DNA from: a virus | IMG/VR virus record: IMGVR_UViG_3300011113_000664 | Location: 106,057-170,056 of that record | Strand: one strand, 5' to 3' | Length of the DNA stretch: 64,000 bases | Part shown: one piece after another, positions 1 through 9,933 of the stretch | Position numbering within the stretch: position 1 is the stretch's first letter | Layout: each line of letters begins with the position of its first letter | Notes under the pieces: generated by a model | The model's database searches: none | What the model saw: the letters and a program-made list of their open reading frames with translations, nothing else | What the model was told of the DNA's origin: nothing | Program-made: the position numbers and the translations under genes

Positions 1-551
1 TCAAAAATTGCTTTCTGACTTAATTCAGGTAATGTTATTTTTACATTAGAATTTGGTTCATCATAATTGATTTTAATAGGTACTGGGCCAATTGCTACAT
101 TCACATCAATATTTGGTTGTGGTAAAACATCATCGACCATTTTTTTAAAAAATGGATTGGACATCATTTTAGATGCACTTGAACCTGAAATATTAACTTT
201 TCTAAGACTATCACCAACATCAAAACTTTTAATTGACATTGTTATACCACTTTGTAATGATGGTGGTAATATACTATTTTCAGATAAGTTTTCACTTATT
301 GAATCGTAAATTGAATTACTAAATTTATCTAGTGTTTCTTGTTTTAGAATTGAAGAAAGTGCTGTTTGAACAAGTGTTTCTAATATGTTTTCACCTACTG
401 TTGATTTAATTAAATCAAATATAAACTCTATTGGGTCATTACTGTCAGATATTAAATCATCAAATGAAATAGTATCCATTTGACTATTAGCTAAACTAAC
501 ATACAATTTTATTTTTTCAATAACTTCTGATTTATCCTTAGATAATCCCAT
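1..551 (-). CDS. Hypothetical protein, probably virion-associated (3' end runs off the window)
   Basis: ATG at 551 (MGLSKDKSEVIEKIKLYVS...) is open to position 1. It lies directly downstream of the baseplate wedge gene and is missing from the ORF track because it is truncated. Confidence 0.7.
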   Translation of the reverse strand, partial: MGLSKDKSEVIEKIKLYVSLANSQMDTISFDDLISDSNDPIEFIFDLIKSTVGENILETLVQTALSSILKQETLDKFSNSIYDSISENLSENSILPPSLQSGITMSIKSFDVGDSLRKVNISGSSASKMMSNPFFKKMVDDVLPQPNIDVNVAIGPVPIKINYDEPNSNVKITLPELSQKAIF

Positions 552-557
552 AATATA

Positions 558-2378
558 TTAACCTAATTTTGATATTGTTACTTTTACATCCGTATTATAT
601 TTTATTTCAAAAATTCCATCATAAGAATTGTAAAGTGTTCCATCTGTTAAATCGATTTCTCTTAAAGTTCTATCGTTATTAACAAAACTAGTTTGCATTT
701 CATTATTAGAATAGTTCTCACCTACTTTATTAAAACATCTAATTGAGTTTATATTTATTACATTTGGTACATTATTGATTGCTTCAATTAATCTACCAAT
801 ATAAATATTTTGCCCAATAATGGCTTTATTTATTGAATGAAAATCTAATACTTCTTTAATTGTTCTTGCAATAATTTCATAATCATTATTTGTATTTCTT
901 TCAACTAATACATTTATTTGATATGCAATATTGTAAATTTGTCCATCTTCAACTTCAATATAATCATTTACCATTCTATAGTGAGTTAAAAATTCGGCAA
1001 TATTTTCCTTTAATAAATCTGTTGATGTATTTGTTAAATAACCATCAGCACCTAAACCAATTATATTGAAAATAACTTTATTATTTCTTAATGAAGTAAT
1101 AAACTTGAATGGTACACCATATCTACCATCCATTCTAAATAAAATAGCATAATAATCTTCTAATGTAACTGCTCTATTTTGCGCTCCATAATTATAAGAA
1201 ATCATATTCCTAATTTCTTCAATTGTTAATGGGTCTTTTCCACCCAATGCAGGAATAGGATTATTACAAACCAAAGAATTTATAACAGATTGATTTACAT
1301 TTGAATTTGGTCCATTAACAAGCATGTTTTTATTTGTTACAATTGTTACTGTGTTTGGACCTAAATTTGTATTTAATCCACCACCAACTCTATACTTTAT
1401 GAAAATACTTGAATTTGCAGGTATTTTTTCACCTAGCGATGTATTATATAAATAAGCTTCAATTTTTGAAAATTCAGATAAATTTTGTAAAGCATTATTA
1501 AAATTATTTAAATTGCTATCACCACCTCCAAATGTTATCCTACAATTACCATTTTCATTAAATTCTTTAATAAATTTCTTTTTAACTTTTTTCCAATAAC
1601 CTTTTCTTACACCATTTTCAGAAATAACAGGTGATGTTTCAACAAAAACATCCGTTTCGGCTAAAAAATCAACTTGAAAATATTGTAAATCTTGGTCGTT
1701 GAATTCATCATCAGTTGGTGTTGTGGAAATATTACCTGATTTGACAACAATTGATGTAATATCAATAACATCATCTTCAGGAAGAATGATTTGATAAAAT
1801 GGTATTGCTTCTTCTGTTGTTACGAATCTTTTTGCAATTCTTGTTGCACCATTATAAACAATTTCTCTTTTTGAAATTCTATAAGATGTGACTTCACTAA
1901 AATTATTTAATATAGGTATGATTGTTCTATTTGGTAAACCTTCAATTGAAACGCTTGATGAAAAATCAATATCATATAAAAGTTCAAAGGCAACACTACC
2001 ATTTGTAAATTGTGTTCCTGCTTTTACAATTGGTAGATAATTACTATTATATGAATCGTTTAGTGCAGGAACAATAACATCCATATCAATTAATGTAACA
2101 GCAGGTTTTTTATTTGGTAATTTTACACCAAGATTTTTAGCAATGTTAAATAAAGATTTTTTTAATTGAGCATTTTCAAGTTGTGTTTCTTGAAATGTAC
2201 GGTCAAGATTGAAATAATTTGATTCTGATGTACCTGCTAAAATGTCAATAAAAACAGAACCAACAGAATTATCCTCTAAATTTTGGAAAACATCGGGATA
2301 ATTTTGTTTTATGTATGATTTAATCTCTTCCCTTAACTCATAAAAATTTCTTTTATTATAGTTTAAAACTGTTGCCAT
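558..2378 (-). CDS. Baseplate wedge subunit (T4 gp6 / baseplate J-like)
   Basis: N-terminal 'NYNKRNFYELREEIKSYIKQNYP', 'ITFGGG', 'YRVGGG..TN', 'GGKDPLTIEEIR', 'QNRAVTLEDY' are typical of gp6/J-like wedge proteins. Confidence 0.85.
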   Translation of the reverse strand: MATVLNYNKRNFYELREEIKSYIKQNYPDVFQNLEDNSVGSVFIDILAGTSESNYFNLDRTFQETQLENAQLKKSLFNIAKNLGVKLPNKKPAVTLIDMDVIVPALNDSYNSNYLPIVKAGTQFTNGSVAFELLYDIDFSSSVSIEGLPNRTIIPILNNFSEVTSYRISKREIVYNGATRIAKRFVTTEEAIPFYQIILPEDDVIDITSIVVKSGNISTTPTDDEFNDQDLQYFQVDFLAETDVFVETSPVISENGVRKGYWKKVKKKFIKEFNENGNCRITFGGGDSNLNNFNNALQNLSEFSKIEAYLYNTSLGEKIPANSSIFIKYRVGGGLNTNLGPNTVTIVTNKNMLVNGPNSNVNQSVINSLVCNNPIPALGGKDPLTIEEIRNMISYNYGAQNRAVTLEDYYAILFRMDGRYGVPFKFITSLRNNKVIFNIIGLGADGYLTNTSTDLLKENIAEFLTHYRMVNDYIEVEDGQIYNIAYQINVLVERNTNNDYEIIARTIKEVLDFHSINKAIIGQNIYIGRLIEAINNVPNVININSIRCFNKVGENYSNNEMQTSFVNNDRTLREIDLTDGTLYNSYDGIFEIKYNTDVKVTISKLG

Positions 2379-2432
2379 TTAAATAGTTATTTTCCTTAAA
2401 TAGTGAAATTTTAACTATTTATAATAAAGTAT

Positions 2433-2855
2433 ATGCCAAGACCTAAACGCTCCAAATTATCTCTAACACAGGAAAGTATCGAAAAACATATGAATGAAGT
2501 TTATGGTATTTTAGAACACTATAAACAAATGGGTGTTAGACATTATAACTTTGTACTTAGAATCATCGAAGAATTGGGTTCAGATAGCATCGAAGACCCT
2601 GTAAGGCTTCAGTTGATGGCTCAACTTGAGCAATCAAGAAACAACTCCCTAAATGCTTTTAAAGAGTATTTAAGAATGAAGACTGATTTAATCACCAAAC
2701 ACCTTAATAGTGTTAAAATTTTTGGTGATTTGGATATTAAAACCAATAAAAGTAAAGCTACATCAGGCGATAATAATTCTTTAAGTAAAGAAGACCAAGA
2801 TGAGGTTCAAAAAATGATTCAAGAATTAATGGATATGAAACAAACTAAGTTTTAA
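2433..2855 (+). CDS. Hypothetical protein
   Basis: 140-aa ORF preceded by a CTATTTATA motif. Confidence 0.6.
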   Translation: MPRPKRSKLSLTQESIEKHMNEVYGILEHYKQMGVRHYNFVLRIIEELGSDSIEDPVRLQLMAQLEQSRNNSLNAFKEYLRMKTDLITKHLNSVKIFGDLDIKTNKSKATSGDNNSLSKEDQDEVQKMIQELMDMKQTKF

Positions 2856-3424
2856 TTTTCAAAAATTATTGAATTTAGTTTGTCTAAATTTAAACTTGGG
2901 TTTGGAGAATAGGAAAAAACATCAATATCCTTTAAAAATATTATTGAGTTGTCTTCTCTATTTTTAATGTTTATTTGTTTTAGATTTAAATTATATTTAT
3001 TACCTAAATAAATAATTAATTGACCAAGTGATTTGATTTGGTCAATTTTGTATTTTTCATAATATGAAAATTCTTTGTTTGAAATTATTTCATCAACATT
3101 TTTTACATCAATAATTTCATCACACCAATTTAAAAAATTATCATTTTCTTTTGTTAGTTTACCTGAGTTTTCAAGGGCAATAAATATTGAGTTTTTATTT
3201 ATTTTGTTAATATTTGTTAAATTAGTATAATATGAGTCATCATAAAATTTATGAATTGACCCATCTTTCTTTATAACATATGCAGGAGCATATTCTTTTT
3301 TAGCTAATGAAAGAATATATTTATCAAAATCGTTTCTTAATGTATCAAGAAGTATAATGTATTTTTTATTACATTTATCCTTAACACAATTTTCAATCGG
3401 ATTTATTAATATTTCTTTAAGCAT
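2852..3424 (-). CDS. Amidase_2/PGRP-like fold protein, apparently lacking the Zn ligands
   Basis: 'YVIKKDGSIHKF', 'NKNSIFIALENSG', 'Y..DQIKSLGQLI.YL..KY', 'SPNP' resemble N-acetylmuramoyl-L-alanine amidases, but the catalytic His residues are not visible. Confidence 0.55.
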   Translation of the reverse strand: MLKEILINPIENCVKDKCNKKYIILLDTLRNDFDKYILSLAKKEYAPAYVIKKDGSIHKFYDDSYYTNLTNINKINKNSIFIALENSGKLTKENDNFLNWCDEIIDVKNVDEIISNKEFSYYEKYKIDQIKSLGQLIIYLGNKYNLNLKQINIKNREDNSIIFLKDIDVFSYSPNPSLNLDKLNSIIFEN

Positions 3425-4136
3425 TTAAACAAAGTCTTTTCATTACTTTCCCTGTTAATACAACATCCATTTCGCAATAATCAATAATCTTTTGTAGATT
3501 TTTTTCTTTATGAAATGTTGAACCAACCATTGAACCTTCCATTGCATTTTTATGTGTTTCAAGTCCTAAACAACTTGCAACAGCATCTAAAGAAACAAAG
3601 TTTCTTGTATTTAGTTGCCAAAGAAGAAATATATCTTTAAATTTTGCAGATAATTCCCAAGGTTTTTTATCAAAAATCTTAAAAATTGTTGGGATTTGTA
3701 AAATATTGTTAACAAATGCTCTTTTAATTATAAAAGGAACATCAAAAGTGTTAATATTATACCCAACAATACATGTTATAGGATTTTTTGATATCTTTTT
3801 GTTAATAAATGTAAAAAAATTGTTAATAATTTCTTGTTCATTATCTTCAGATGAGAATGAAACAGTTGCAATTTCATCATCTTTAAATCCACCACAAGTA
3901 ATAACAACGATTTTACCATATTCCGAATATAGTGGTGACTTTTCAAAGTAAATTTTACTTAAAAGTTCATCAGTTAAATCAGAACGATATTCATTATCCG
4001 CATACCATTTTGCTCTTTTTAAAAAACTTGCTGCTAAAGCAGGTTTTTTTTCTTTACATTCTTCAAAAGATGCAAATTCGGGAACGGTTTCAATGTCGAT
4101 AATGATACCATTATCAATATCAAATTTTGTAATCAT
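3417..4136 (-). CDS. PolB-related 3'-5' exonuclease (DnaQ/DEDDy family)
   Basis: ExoI 'IDIETVP', ExoII 'GYNINTFDVPF', ExoIII 'YCEMDV'. Confidence 0.85.
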   Translation of the reverse strand: MITKFDIDNGIIIDIETVPEFASFEECKEKKPALAASFLKRAKWYADNEYRSDLTDELLSKIYFEKSPLYSEYGKIVVITCGGFKDDEIATVSFSSEDNEQEIINNFFTFINKKISKNPITCIVGYNINTFDVPFIIKRAFVNNILQIPTIFKIFDKKPWELSAKFKDIFLLWQLNTRNFVSLDAVASCLGLETHKNAMEGSMVGSTFHKEKNLQKIIDYCEMDVVLTGKVMKRLCLNA

Positions 4137-4142
4137 AAAATA

Positions 4143-5717
4143 TTAATATAAAACTTCGTTTGAAAAACTAAAACCTGAATTTTCACAAACACCAAGTAAA
4201 AATCCGGGCAATTGATTATTACCTAATCTATCTAAGATAAACTCATCAACTGAACAAACTGATGGTAATGAAATTTCCATATAATTTGTTCCTGCATTAA
4301 ATGAGATATCAGTTGAATGCCAATGACCGTTTACAACTAAATGATATCCTGATGTACCAATACCATAAAGATTAACAAGTTCATGACCTTTCTTTTTAAT
4401 TATTTCAGCATCACCATGATGTGCAATAATACATAAATCATTCATTTCATGATTTTGAACCTTTTCAACATAAACAGGTTTTCTAGGTATATTTACTTGT
4501 AAAAATCTATCTTCTTTAAATTCTCTATCAATCATATGATAAGCAATCAATGAACCTGTTCTCTCTGAATCATCATCTCTATCTTTACCTATGCGGTCAT
4601 GATTACCACCAATGTATGTAATTACAATAGGAAATTCTTTTCCAAGATTATTTCTTAATGTATCTAAAAATTCTATTTGAGAATCAACACCATAAAGTAT
4701 TTGGTCAATACCAACTAAATCCATTCCTCTAAGGTGTTCACTACGCATACCACTTGTCATCACGGATTCAAATAAATCACCACCAAAAAGAATATAAAGA
4801 CTATTAAGATTTTTAAATTTAATATAATCAACAGTCTTTTTAGCGATTTGCATCATTCTTTCATGAGCAATATCTTTATTATAACCTCTACCAAATACAG
4901 GATTTTCATATTTTTTACCATAATGTATATCTGAATACATAAGATAACAAATATCTGAATATTTACCTAATATGTCAGGTGTTTTAAGTTCTTGCTCTTG
5001 TTCGGTTCTATTATAGAACCTTTCAATAGTTTCTTCAATGAACTTTTGAATATTTTCAAGGTCATGAATCTTTTCTTGACTTTCAAAATATTTTTTTTCA
5101 ATAAATGATGCTCTTTTTTCAACAATTTTATTAAGACTTGCTGATGCTTTATTTTTCAAAGCGAATTCAGCAATCTCTTCCTCTGTATGTTCTTCAAGAA
5201 TATGCAAAGGAAACAATGTATCTTTTGTAATATTAAAACATCTTAAAATCCTTTTAAACTGTTGAAATGTTAAATAAGGAAAATAAGAAGAAACATTCAT
5301 CATTGTAACATGTGGATAATGTTGATGAATTGTTTCAAGTTGCTGTCTTGTTAATTTACCTATAAAAGGTTTTTCACCATGAATATAAATTGTAAATGAA
5401 TAATCTATGATTTTATTATTTTCATCACGATTTGTTGTCCATGTACTTCTACTATCATATTTATCTTCTTTATCAACATTAGTTTTAAATGTAACATTTT
5501 TTACATTCTTTTTAGATGCTAAATATTGATTATAAATTTCTAATAAATCTTTATAATTTTTAGTTGCTTTTGTTGCTTTACCAACCAAAACTTTTCTGAC
5601 AAACCCTTCGTATTGTTCAGTTTGATTTATTGATGTATTATTTTTAATGCAATTTTTGATAACATCAATTGCTGTGTCAACTCTGTTTTCGGCTGACAAA
5701 TAATTTTTTCTAATCAT
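4143..5717 (-). CDS. Calcineurin-like metallophosphoesterase with a long N-terminal extension
   Basis: Motifs 'SDIHYG', 'GGDLFE', 'GGNHDR', 'AHHGD', 'GHWH'. Confidence 0.8.
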   Translation of the reverse strand: MIRKNYLSAENRVDTAIDVIKNCIKNNTSINQTEQYEGFVRKVLVGKATKATKNYKDLLEIYNQYLASKKNVKNVTFKTNVDKEDKYDSRSTWTTNRDENNKIIDYSFTIYIHGEKPFIGKLTRQQLETIHQHYPHVTMMNVSSYFPYLTFQQFKRILRCFNITKDTLFPLHILEEHTEEEIAEFALKNKASASLNKIVEKRASFIEKKYFESQEKIHDLENIQKFIEETIERFYNRTEQEQELKTPDILGKYSDICYLMYSDIHYGKKYENPVFGRGYNKDIAHERMMQIAKKTVDYIKFKNLNSLYILFGGDLFESVMTSGMRSEHLRGMDLVGIDQILYGVDSQIEFLDTLRNNLGKEFPIVITYIGGNHDRIGKDRDDDSERTGSLIAYHMIDREFKEDRFLQVNIPRKPVYVEKVQNHEMNDLCIIAHHGDAEIIKKKGHELVNLYGIGTSGYHLVVNGHWHSTDISFNAGTNYMEISLPSVCSVDEFILDRLGNNQLPGFLLGVCENSGFSFSNEVLY

Positions 5718-5731
5718 AAAGTAAATATAGA

Positions 5732-6244
5732 TTATTTTTTAATCTTTTTAATTTTTTCTCTGATTTTAACAGCTAATTCATAATTTTCTGTTTTCAGAGC
5801 ATCATCTAATTCAGATTGAAGTTCAATTTCTGTTTTTCTTCTTCTTTTTGTTTTTATCTTAAAAAGGTCAATAACATATAAAGTTGTGAATTGCTCACCA
5901 CCGCTATAATGAACTGTAACAGGAATTAATAAATCAATAAAATCCTTTTTAATATGTTCTTTTTTATCTTCAAGTGGAATCTGTTCCCAAGTGTTAATAA
6001 AATCAATAAATTCACTATCAACAAGAGTTCCTGTTAAGTACATTACTCTTTGAGATTGTTCTAATATTGGGTCTAGTGCTTCAAAGAATACTTCAGGATT
6101 TTCATAATCTTTTGAATATTCATCAAAAAACTCCTCCACATCTTCAGGAAGAATCATTTCACATGAAAAATATGAAAATCTGTTAATAGTTGTTAGTAAA
6201 TCTACATAAATCTGTGGTTTATCTTTTTTAGTATTCTTTTTCAT
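5732..6244 (-). CDS. Protein with a C-terminal UvrB/UvrC (UVR) motif
   Basis: C-terminus 'ELQSELDDALKTENYELAVKIREKIKKI'. Likely start is the ATG at 6244 (MKKNTKK). Confidence 0.65.
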   Translation of the reverse strand: MKKNTKKDKPQIYVDLLTTINRFSYFSCEMILPEDVEEFFDEYSKDYENPEVFFEALDPILEQSQRVMYLTGTLVDSEFIDFINTWEQIPLEDKKEHIKKDFIDLLIPVTVHYSGGEQFTTLYVIDLFKIKTKRRRKTEIELQSELDDALKTENYELAVKIREKIKKIKK

Positions 6245-6848
6245 AATGTTTCTTAAAAGATGCTTTTGCAAGAGCAATTGAATCGGTTATATCATAGTTT
6301 TCAGTCTTAAAATTTCCATTCCTATCCAAAATCCATGAAATATTTTCATACTCCTTTGCTATCTTTTCAAATATATAGCTTTTTGGGTCAATTTTTCTTG
6401 ATTTAAACTTTAAAATTGTCTTATCTTTTTTTGCATCATACTCTGTCATTTCAGGACAGAATAATCTTCTGACCTCATCCACGCTCATAAACTTTGGAAT
6501 GATACCCAAAACATCCCTCAAGATATAAGAACAGATTCCATTGAATTTTAACAGTTTATTAACAGTATAAACATTATTAGATTTAACCAAAGGCTCTTCG
6601 ACAAATATATCAATTATTTCATAAATTTTTAATTCTTCAACAAATTTTTTAAACCCATCACCTTTTACAATTTCAGGGTCTTCTTGACAATCTTTTGTTT
6701 TTGTCATTTTAAGTGCTTTGACAGAGGTAAGTTTAAAATTTTCATTAAAAATAGAAACACCAATACAACTTGTTGATATATCAAAAGATAGAAACACTCT
6801 ATCTTTGGGTATCATTATACCCAAATCTTTAAAATCAATAATTTCCAT
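6228..6848 (-). CDS. ruvC: RuvC-like Holliday junction resolvase
   Basis: RNase H-fold acidic motifs 'LSFDISTSCIGVS', 'IFVEEP', 'YDITDSIALA'. Confidence 0.75.
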   Translation of the reverse strand: MEIIDFKDLGIMIPKDRVFLSFDISTSCIGVSIFNENFKLTSVKALKMTKTKDCQEDPEIVKGDGFKKFVEELKIYEIIDIFVEEPLVKSNNVYTVNKLLKFNGICSYILRDVLGIIPKFMSVDEVRRLFCPEMTEYDAKKDKTILKFKSRKIDPKSYIFEKIAKEYENISWILDRNGNFKTENYDITDSIALAKASFKKHYEKEY

Positions 6849-6865
6849 AATATTATAATACGATA

Positions 6866-8266
6866 TTATACCACCAATCTAATATTAAATGGTATTACTG
6901 TAGAAGGTAATTTTTTAACAGGTTCACTTAATTTTCCTATTCCTATTAATTCACCTGCTGCATTATAAAGTCCTATTGATGTAATAAATGTTGGTGCTTC
7001 TTCACCAGCTAAATATGCACCTTCGTATGTTGAATTTGTTGTTGATGCAAATTCATTTGGTCCGGCAAGACAAATAATATTTTGAACAAATTCTGTTGTA
7101 ATTGAATCAAATTGAGAATTTGAAATTGATGTATTTGTAAAATATATTTTAGCAAAATTTTTATCACCCGAATATGTAAGTCCTGAGTTAATTCCATTAA
7201 ATCCTGAACTTGTTCCTGCTGTATATCTAAAATTTGCTACTAATGTTGGGTCAGTAATAACAGCAAATCCTTTATCTTGATATAAAATACCAACAGGTTT
7301 ATCAAAAGCAGGATATGCTGTTGCACCATCGGTAACACCATCATATGAAGCATATATTTTTTTACTTTCATCCCCTAAAACACTTGGGAACTGATTAGTT
7401 TTAGACCAAACATCCCATAATAAATTATTTGAAAGTTGTCTAACTTTAACCACTATAGTAAATGTTTTACTATCATTAGATACAGGATTATCTAAATGTG
7501 CTTTTAGTGTTAAAGAAGTAATTCCGGGTGTATTTATTGGAAACCAAGAATTTTTATTTATAACAGCTTCACCAACTGTAAATTTTACATTGTCAACACC
7601 TGTTGGAGGTGTATATTCAATATATACTTCATCATCTGTATTAAGTATTACAGTAGAAAAGTCATATTTGTTACTAGCATCACCTGTTACTGTAACAGTT
7701 GTTGATGTCAAAATAGTAATTTCAGTTCCTTTATCTTTTGGTACAGCAATATCATTTGAGTATAAAAATGTTACATTGGTATTAAAATCATTATCAGCAG
7801 TTGGTTCAAAACCAAAATAATTTTTTCTTTTTTCTGAATACCTACTGTTTAATTTATTTCCAATAAAAGTACTAGTAGAAGGTGTACCATCAAAACCAAA
7901 ATATGTACCATAAACAGTTGTTGCTGTTTCAACGCTGTTTAAAGTAACCGGAAGAGTTAATTTAAAAGTTTTACCATCAATTAGTTCACCATATTCACCT
8001 TTTGGTATTTCAATAACAATTATGCTGTCAACATTTAAATCTTTTAAGGCAGTACTATTATAAGTGTTATAATACTCATTTAATTCTGCTGAAGTAATTG
8101 GAAAATTAAAAGATTTAAATAAATTTGCATAAGGTGTTGAAGTATTAAGTTTTTCTGCATAAGTATACAAAAGTTTATTCCCACTTAAACTTGAACTATT
8201 TCTATATGGTACTTTTTGAAAACCACCTGAAGATACAATTTCTTTTAATCCATCTTGTGCTGCCAT
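6866..8266 (-). CDS. Virion structural protein with a C-terminal tail-collar/fibre-like motif
   Basis: C-terminus 'FITSIGLYNAAGELIGIGKLSEPVKK' is shared with 13335..15389. T/S/N-rich and beta-rich. Confidence 0.6.
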   Translation of the reverse strand: MAAQDGLKEIVSSGGFQKVPYRNSSSLSGNKLLYTYAEKLNTSTPYANLFKSFNFPITSAELNEYYNTYNSTALKDLNVDSIIVIEIPKGEYGELIDGKTFKLTLPVTLNSVETATTVYGTYFGFDGTPSTSTFIGNKLNSRYSEKRKNYFGFEPTADNDFNTNVTFLYSNDIAVPKDKGTEITILTSTTVTVTGDASNKYDFSTVILNTDDEVYIEYTPPTGVDNVKFTVGEAVINKNSWFPINTPGITSLTLKAHLDNPVSNDSKTFTIVVKVRQLSNNLLWDVWSKTNQFPSVLGDESKKIYASYDGVTDGATAYPAFDKPVGILYQDKGFAVITDPTLVANFRYTAGTSSGFNGINSGLTYSGDKNFAKIYFTNTSISNSQFDSITTEFVQNIICLAGPNEFASTTNSTYEGAYLAGEEAPTFITSIGLYNAAGELIGIGKLSEPVKKLPSTVIPFNIRLVV

Positions 8267-8301
8267 GATATATAAATTTTATTATAAATAGTGTTAAACA
8301 T

Positions 8302-9921
8302 TTATAAATTGCAGTAAAGACCATATGGTGTATAATCTATATTTGAATTTATTAATACACCCCAAGGATAACAATATTCAAATGTTACATTTAGAGAATC
8401 GTAAATAATTGAACCATATATATATTTTTGACCATCAGAAAGATAGCTATAATATGCATTTGGTTTAGGGTAATCAGTATTTAATGTTGAATTATATGTT
8501 AGATTATCCATATTTTTTAAAATTCTTCTAAGTCTTAAAGTTCCACCAGCTGGATTTTGAGTAGCATAATTTATAGTTGAATATATTTCTGTTGTTACTT
8601 CAACATATCTTATTTGAAAACCTGTACTTCCATTTTTCCAATTTTCAAATAAACGAACTGTTAGATGAAATGGGGAAAGTCGTTCAGTAAAAGTACTTGA
8701 ATTATATGATTGAGGTAAATTATTTGAATAAACAGAATCACTTTGTGTCACATCAGGTGCATAATCAGCAAAACTAGTTCCGGTTATTAATGGTGTTGGT
8801 ATAAATGTTGGTACTGTTTGTTTCACATAGAAAGGATTGAATCCTTGATTACTATATATGTATGTATCTTCTAAATTTCTTCCATCAAAATCAATAGGAA
8901 TCGAACCTGCGTTATAATCTGGAAAGGTGGCTACATCAGGGGTTTTAGAGTTAGCTTCGTTAGTACCATCATAATATAAATCTAAAGCAAATGAATTTTC
9001 AAGCACTTTATTATTATCTATGTTATAAAAATAATCTATGTCAGCTTGAGTCATATTTAAATCACTTCTTCTATTACCATTATCAACTTTAATAATTGCG
9101 TAACCAGCTTTTAAACTTTCAAGTTCAGCCATTGGTGAAGTATATGCATTGTATGGTACATCAGCAGGTAGGTTGTTAGAATCAAGTCTAGTTACCATAT
9201 ATAATTTTCTTGAACAATTAATATTATCAAATCTTTTGGTAAAACCTACTTGTCCTGAACTATCTTTAACTTCAACTATAAAATTAAATGCATCAGCCTT
9301 TCTTGGTAAAAAATCATCATCTAATAAACAATAAATAGGATTTGCTCCGGTATTATCTTTTATTATGCGTTTACAAGTCGCATTTAAAGTAATTTTTTTA
9401 TAAGCAACAGTTGTATTACCAACAGTAACAGGGTCAAAACTATATGATTCTGATGTTTCTGTTTTTAAAACTTGTGCTTGTTCAATTGTTGAGTTTGAAT
9501 TTGGAAAAGTTATTGTTTCTGTAATAATATTAAATGTGTATCCTTCAAATACACCATTTTTTGATACAGTAATTTCAAATTGTTCTTTATTTGGGTCTGT
9601 TGAACAAGTACCATTAACAAGGTATTCACCCTGAAATGGTGGAAAGTAAATTAAATTATTTTTTAATAATGCGCTTTCTGAAATATTTGGTGAACAAAAA
9701 TCATTATTACCTGTTATATCAGATATAAACCCACTTTTAAGAGTATTATATGTTGATGCAGAAATTAATTGAGATGCAATTTTATAATTTACATCTTCAT
9801 CATGTAAACTAAAATATGCCACTTGAAAATCTACAGTATCACCTGTAATAAATTTTTCTTTACCTTTTTGCGTTAGGTAAGCATGTATTTTTTTGATATC
9901 TGATTGTTGTATATATCCCAT
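8302..9921 (-). CDS. Putative fibre/adhesin, paralogue 1 (shared N-terminal module)
   Basis: N-terminus 'MGYI..AYLTQKGKE..FSLHDEDVNY..SGFISDITGNNDFC'. Confidence 0.55.
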   Translation of the reverse strand: MGYIQQSDIKKIHAYLTQKGKEKFITGDTVDFQVAYFSLHDEDVNYKIASQLISASTYNTLKSGFISDITGNNDFCSPNISESALLKNNLIYFPPFQGEYLVNGTCSTDPNKEQFEITVSKNGVFEGYTFNIITETITFPNSNSTIEQAQVLKTETSESYSFDPVTVGNTTVAYKKITLNATCKRIIKDNTGANPIYCLLDDDFLPRKADAFNFIVEVKDSSGQVGFTKRFDNINCSRKLYMVTRLDSNNLPADVPYNAYTSPMAELESLKAGYAIIKVDNGNRRSDLNMTQADIDYFYNIDNNKVLENSFALDLYYDGTNEANSKTPDVATFPDYNAGSIPIDFDGRNLEDTYIYSNQGFNPFYVKQTVPTFIPTPLITGTSFADYAPDVTQSDSVYSNNLPQSYNSSTFTERLSPFHLTVRLFENWKNGSTGFQIRYVEVTTEIYSTINYATQNPAGGTLRLRRILKNMDNLTYNSTLNTDYPKPNAYYSYLSDGQKYIYGSIIYDSLNVTFEYCYPWGVLINSNIDYTPYGLYCNL

Positions 9922-9933
9922 ATTAATAATTTA

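Noticed and set aside
67-309. Plus-strand 80-aa ORF
   Set aside because: Antisense to the truncated minus-strand ORF starting at 551.
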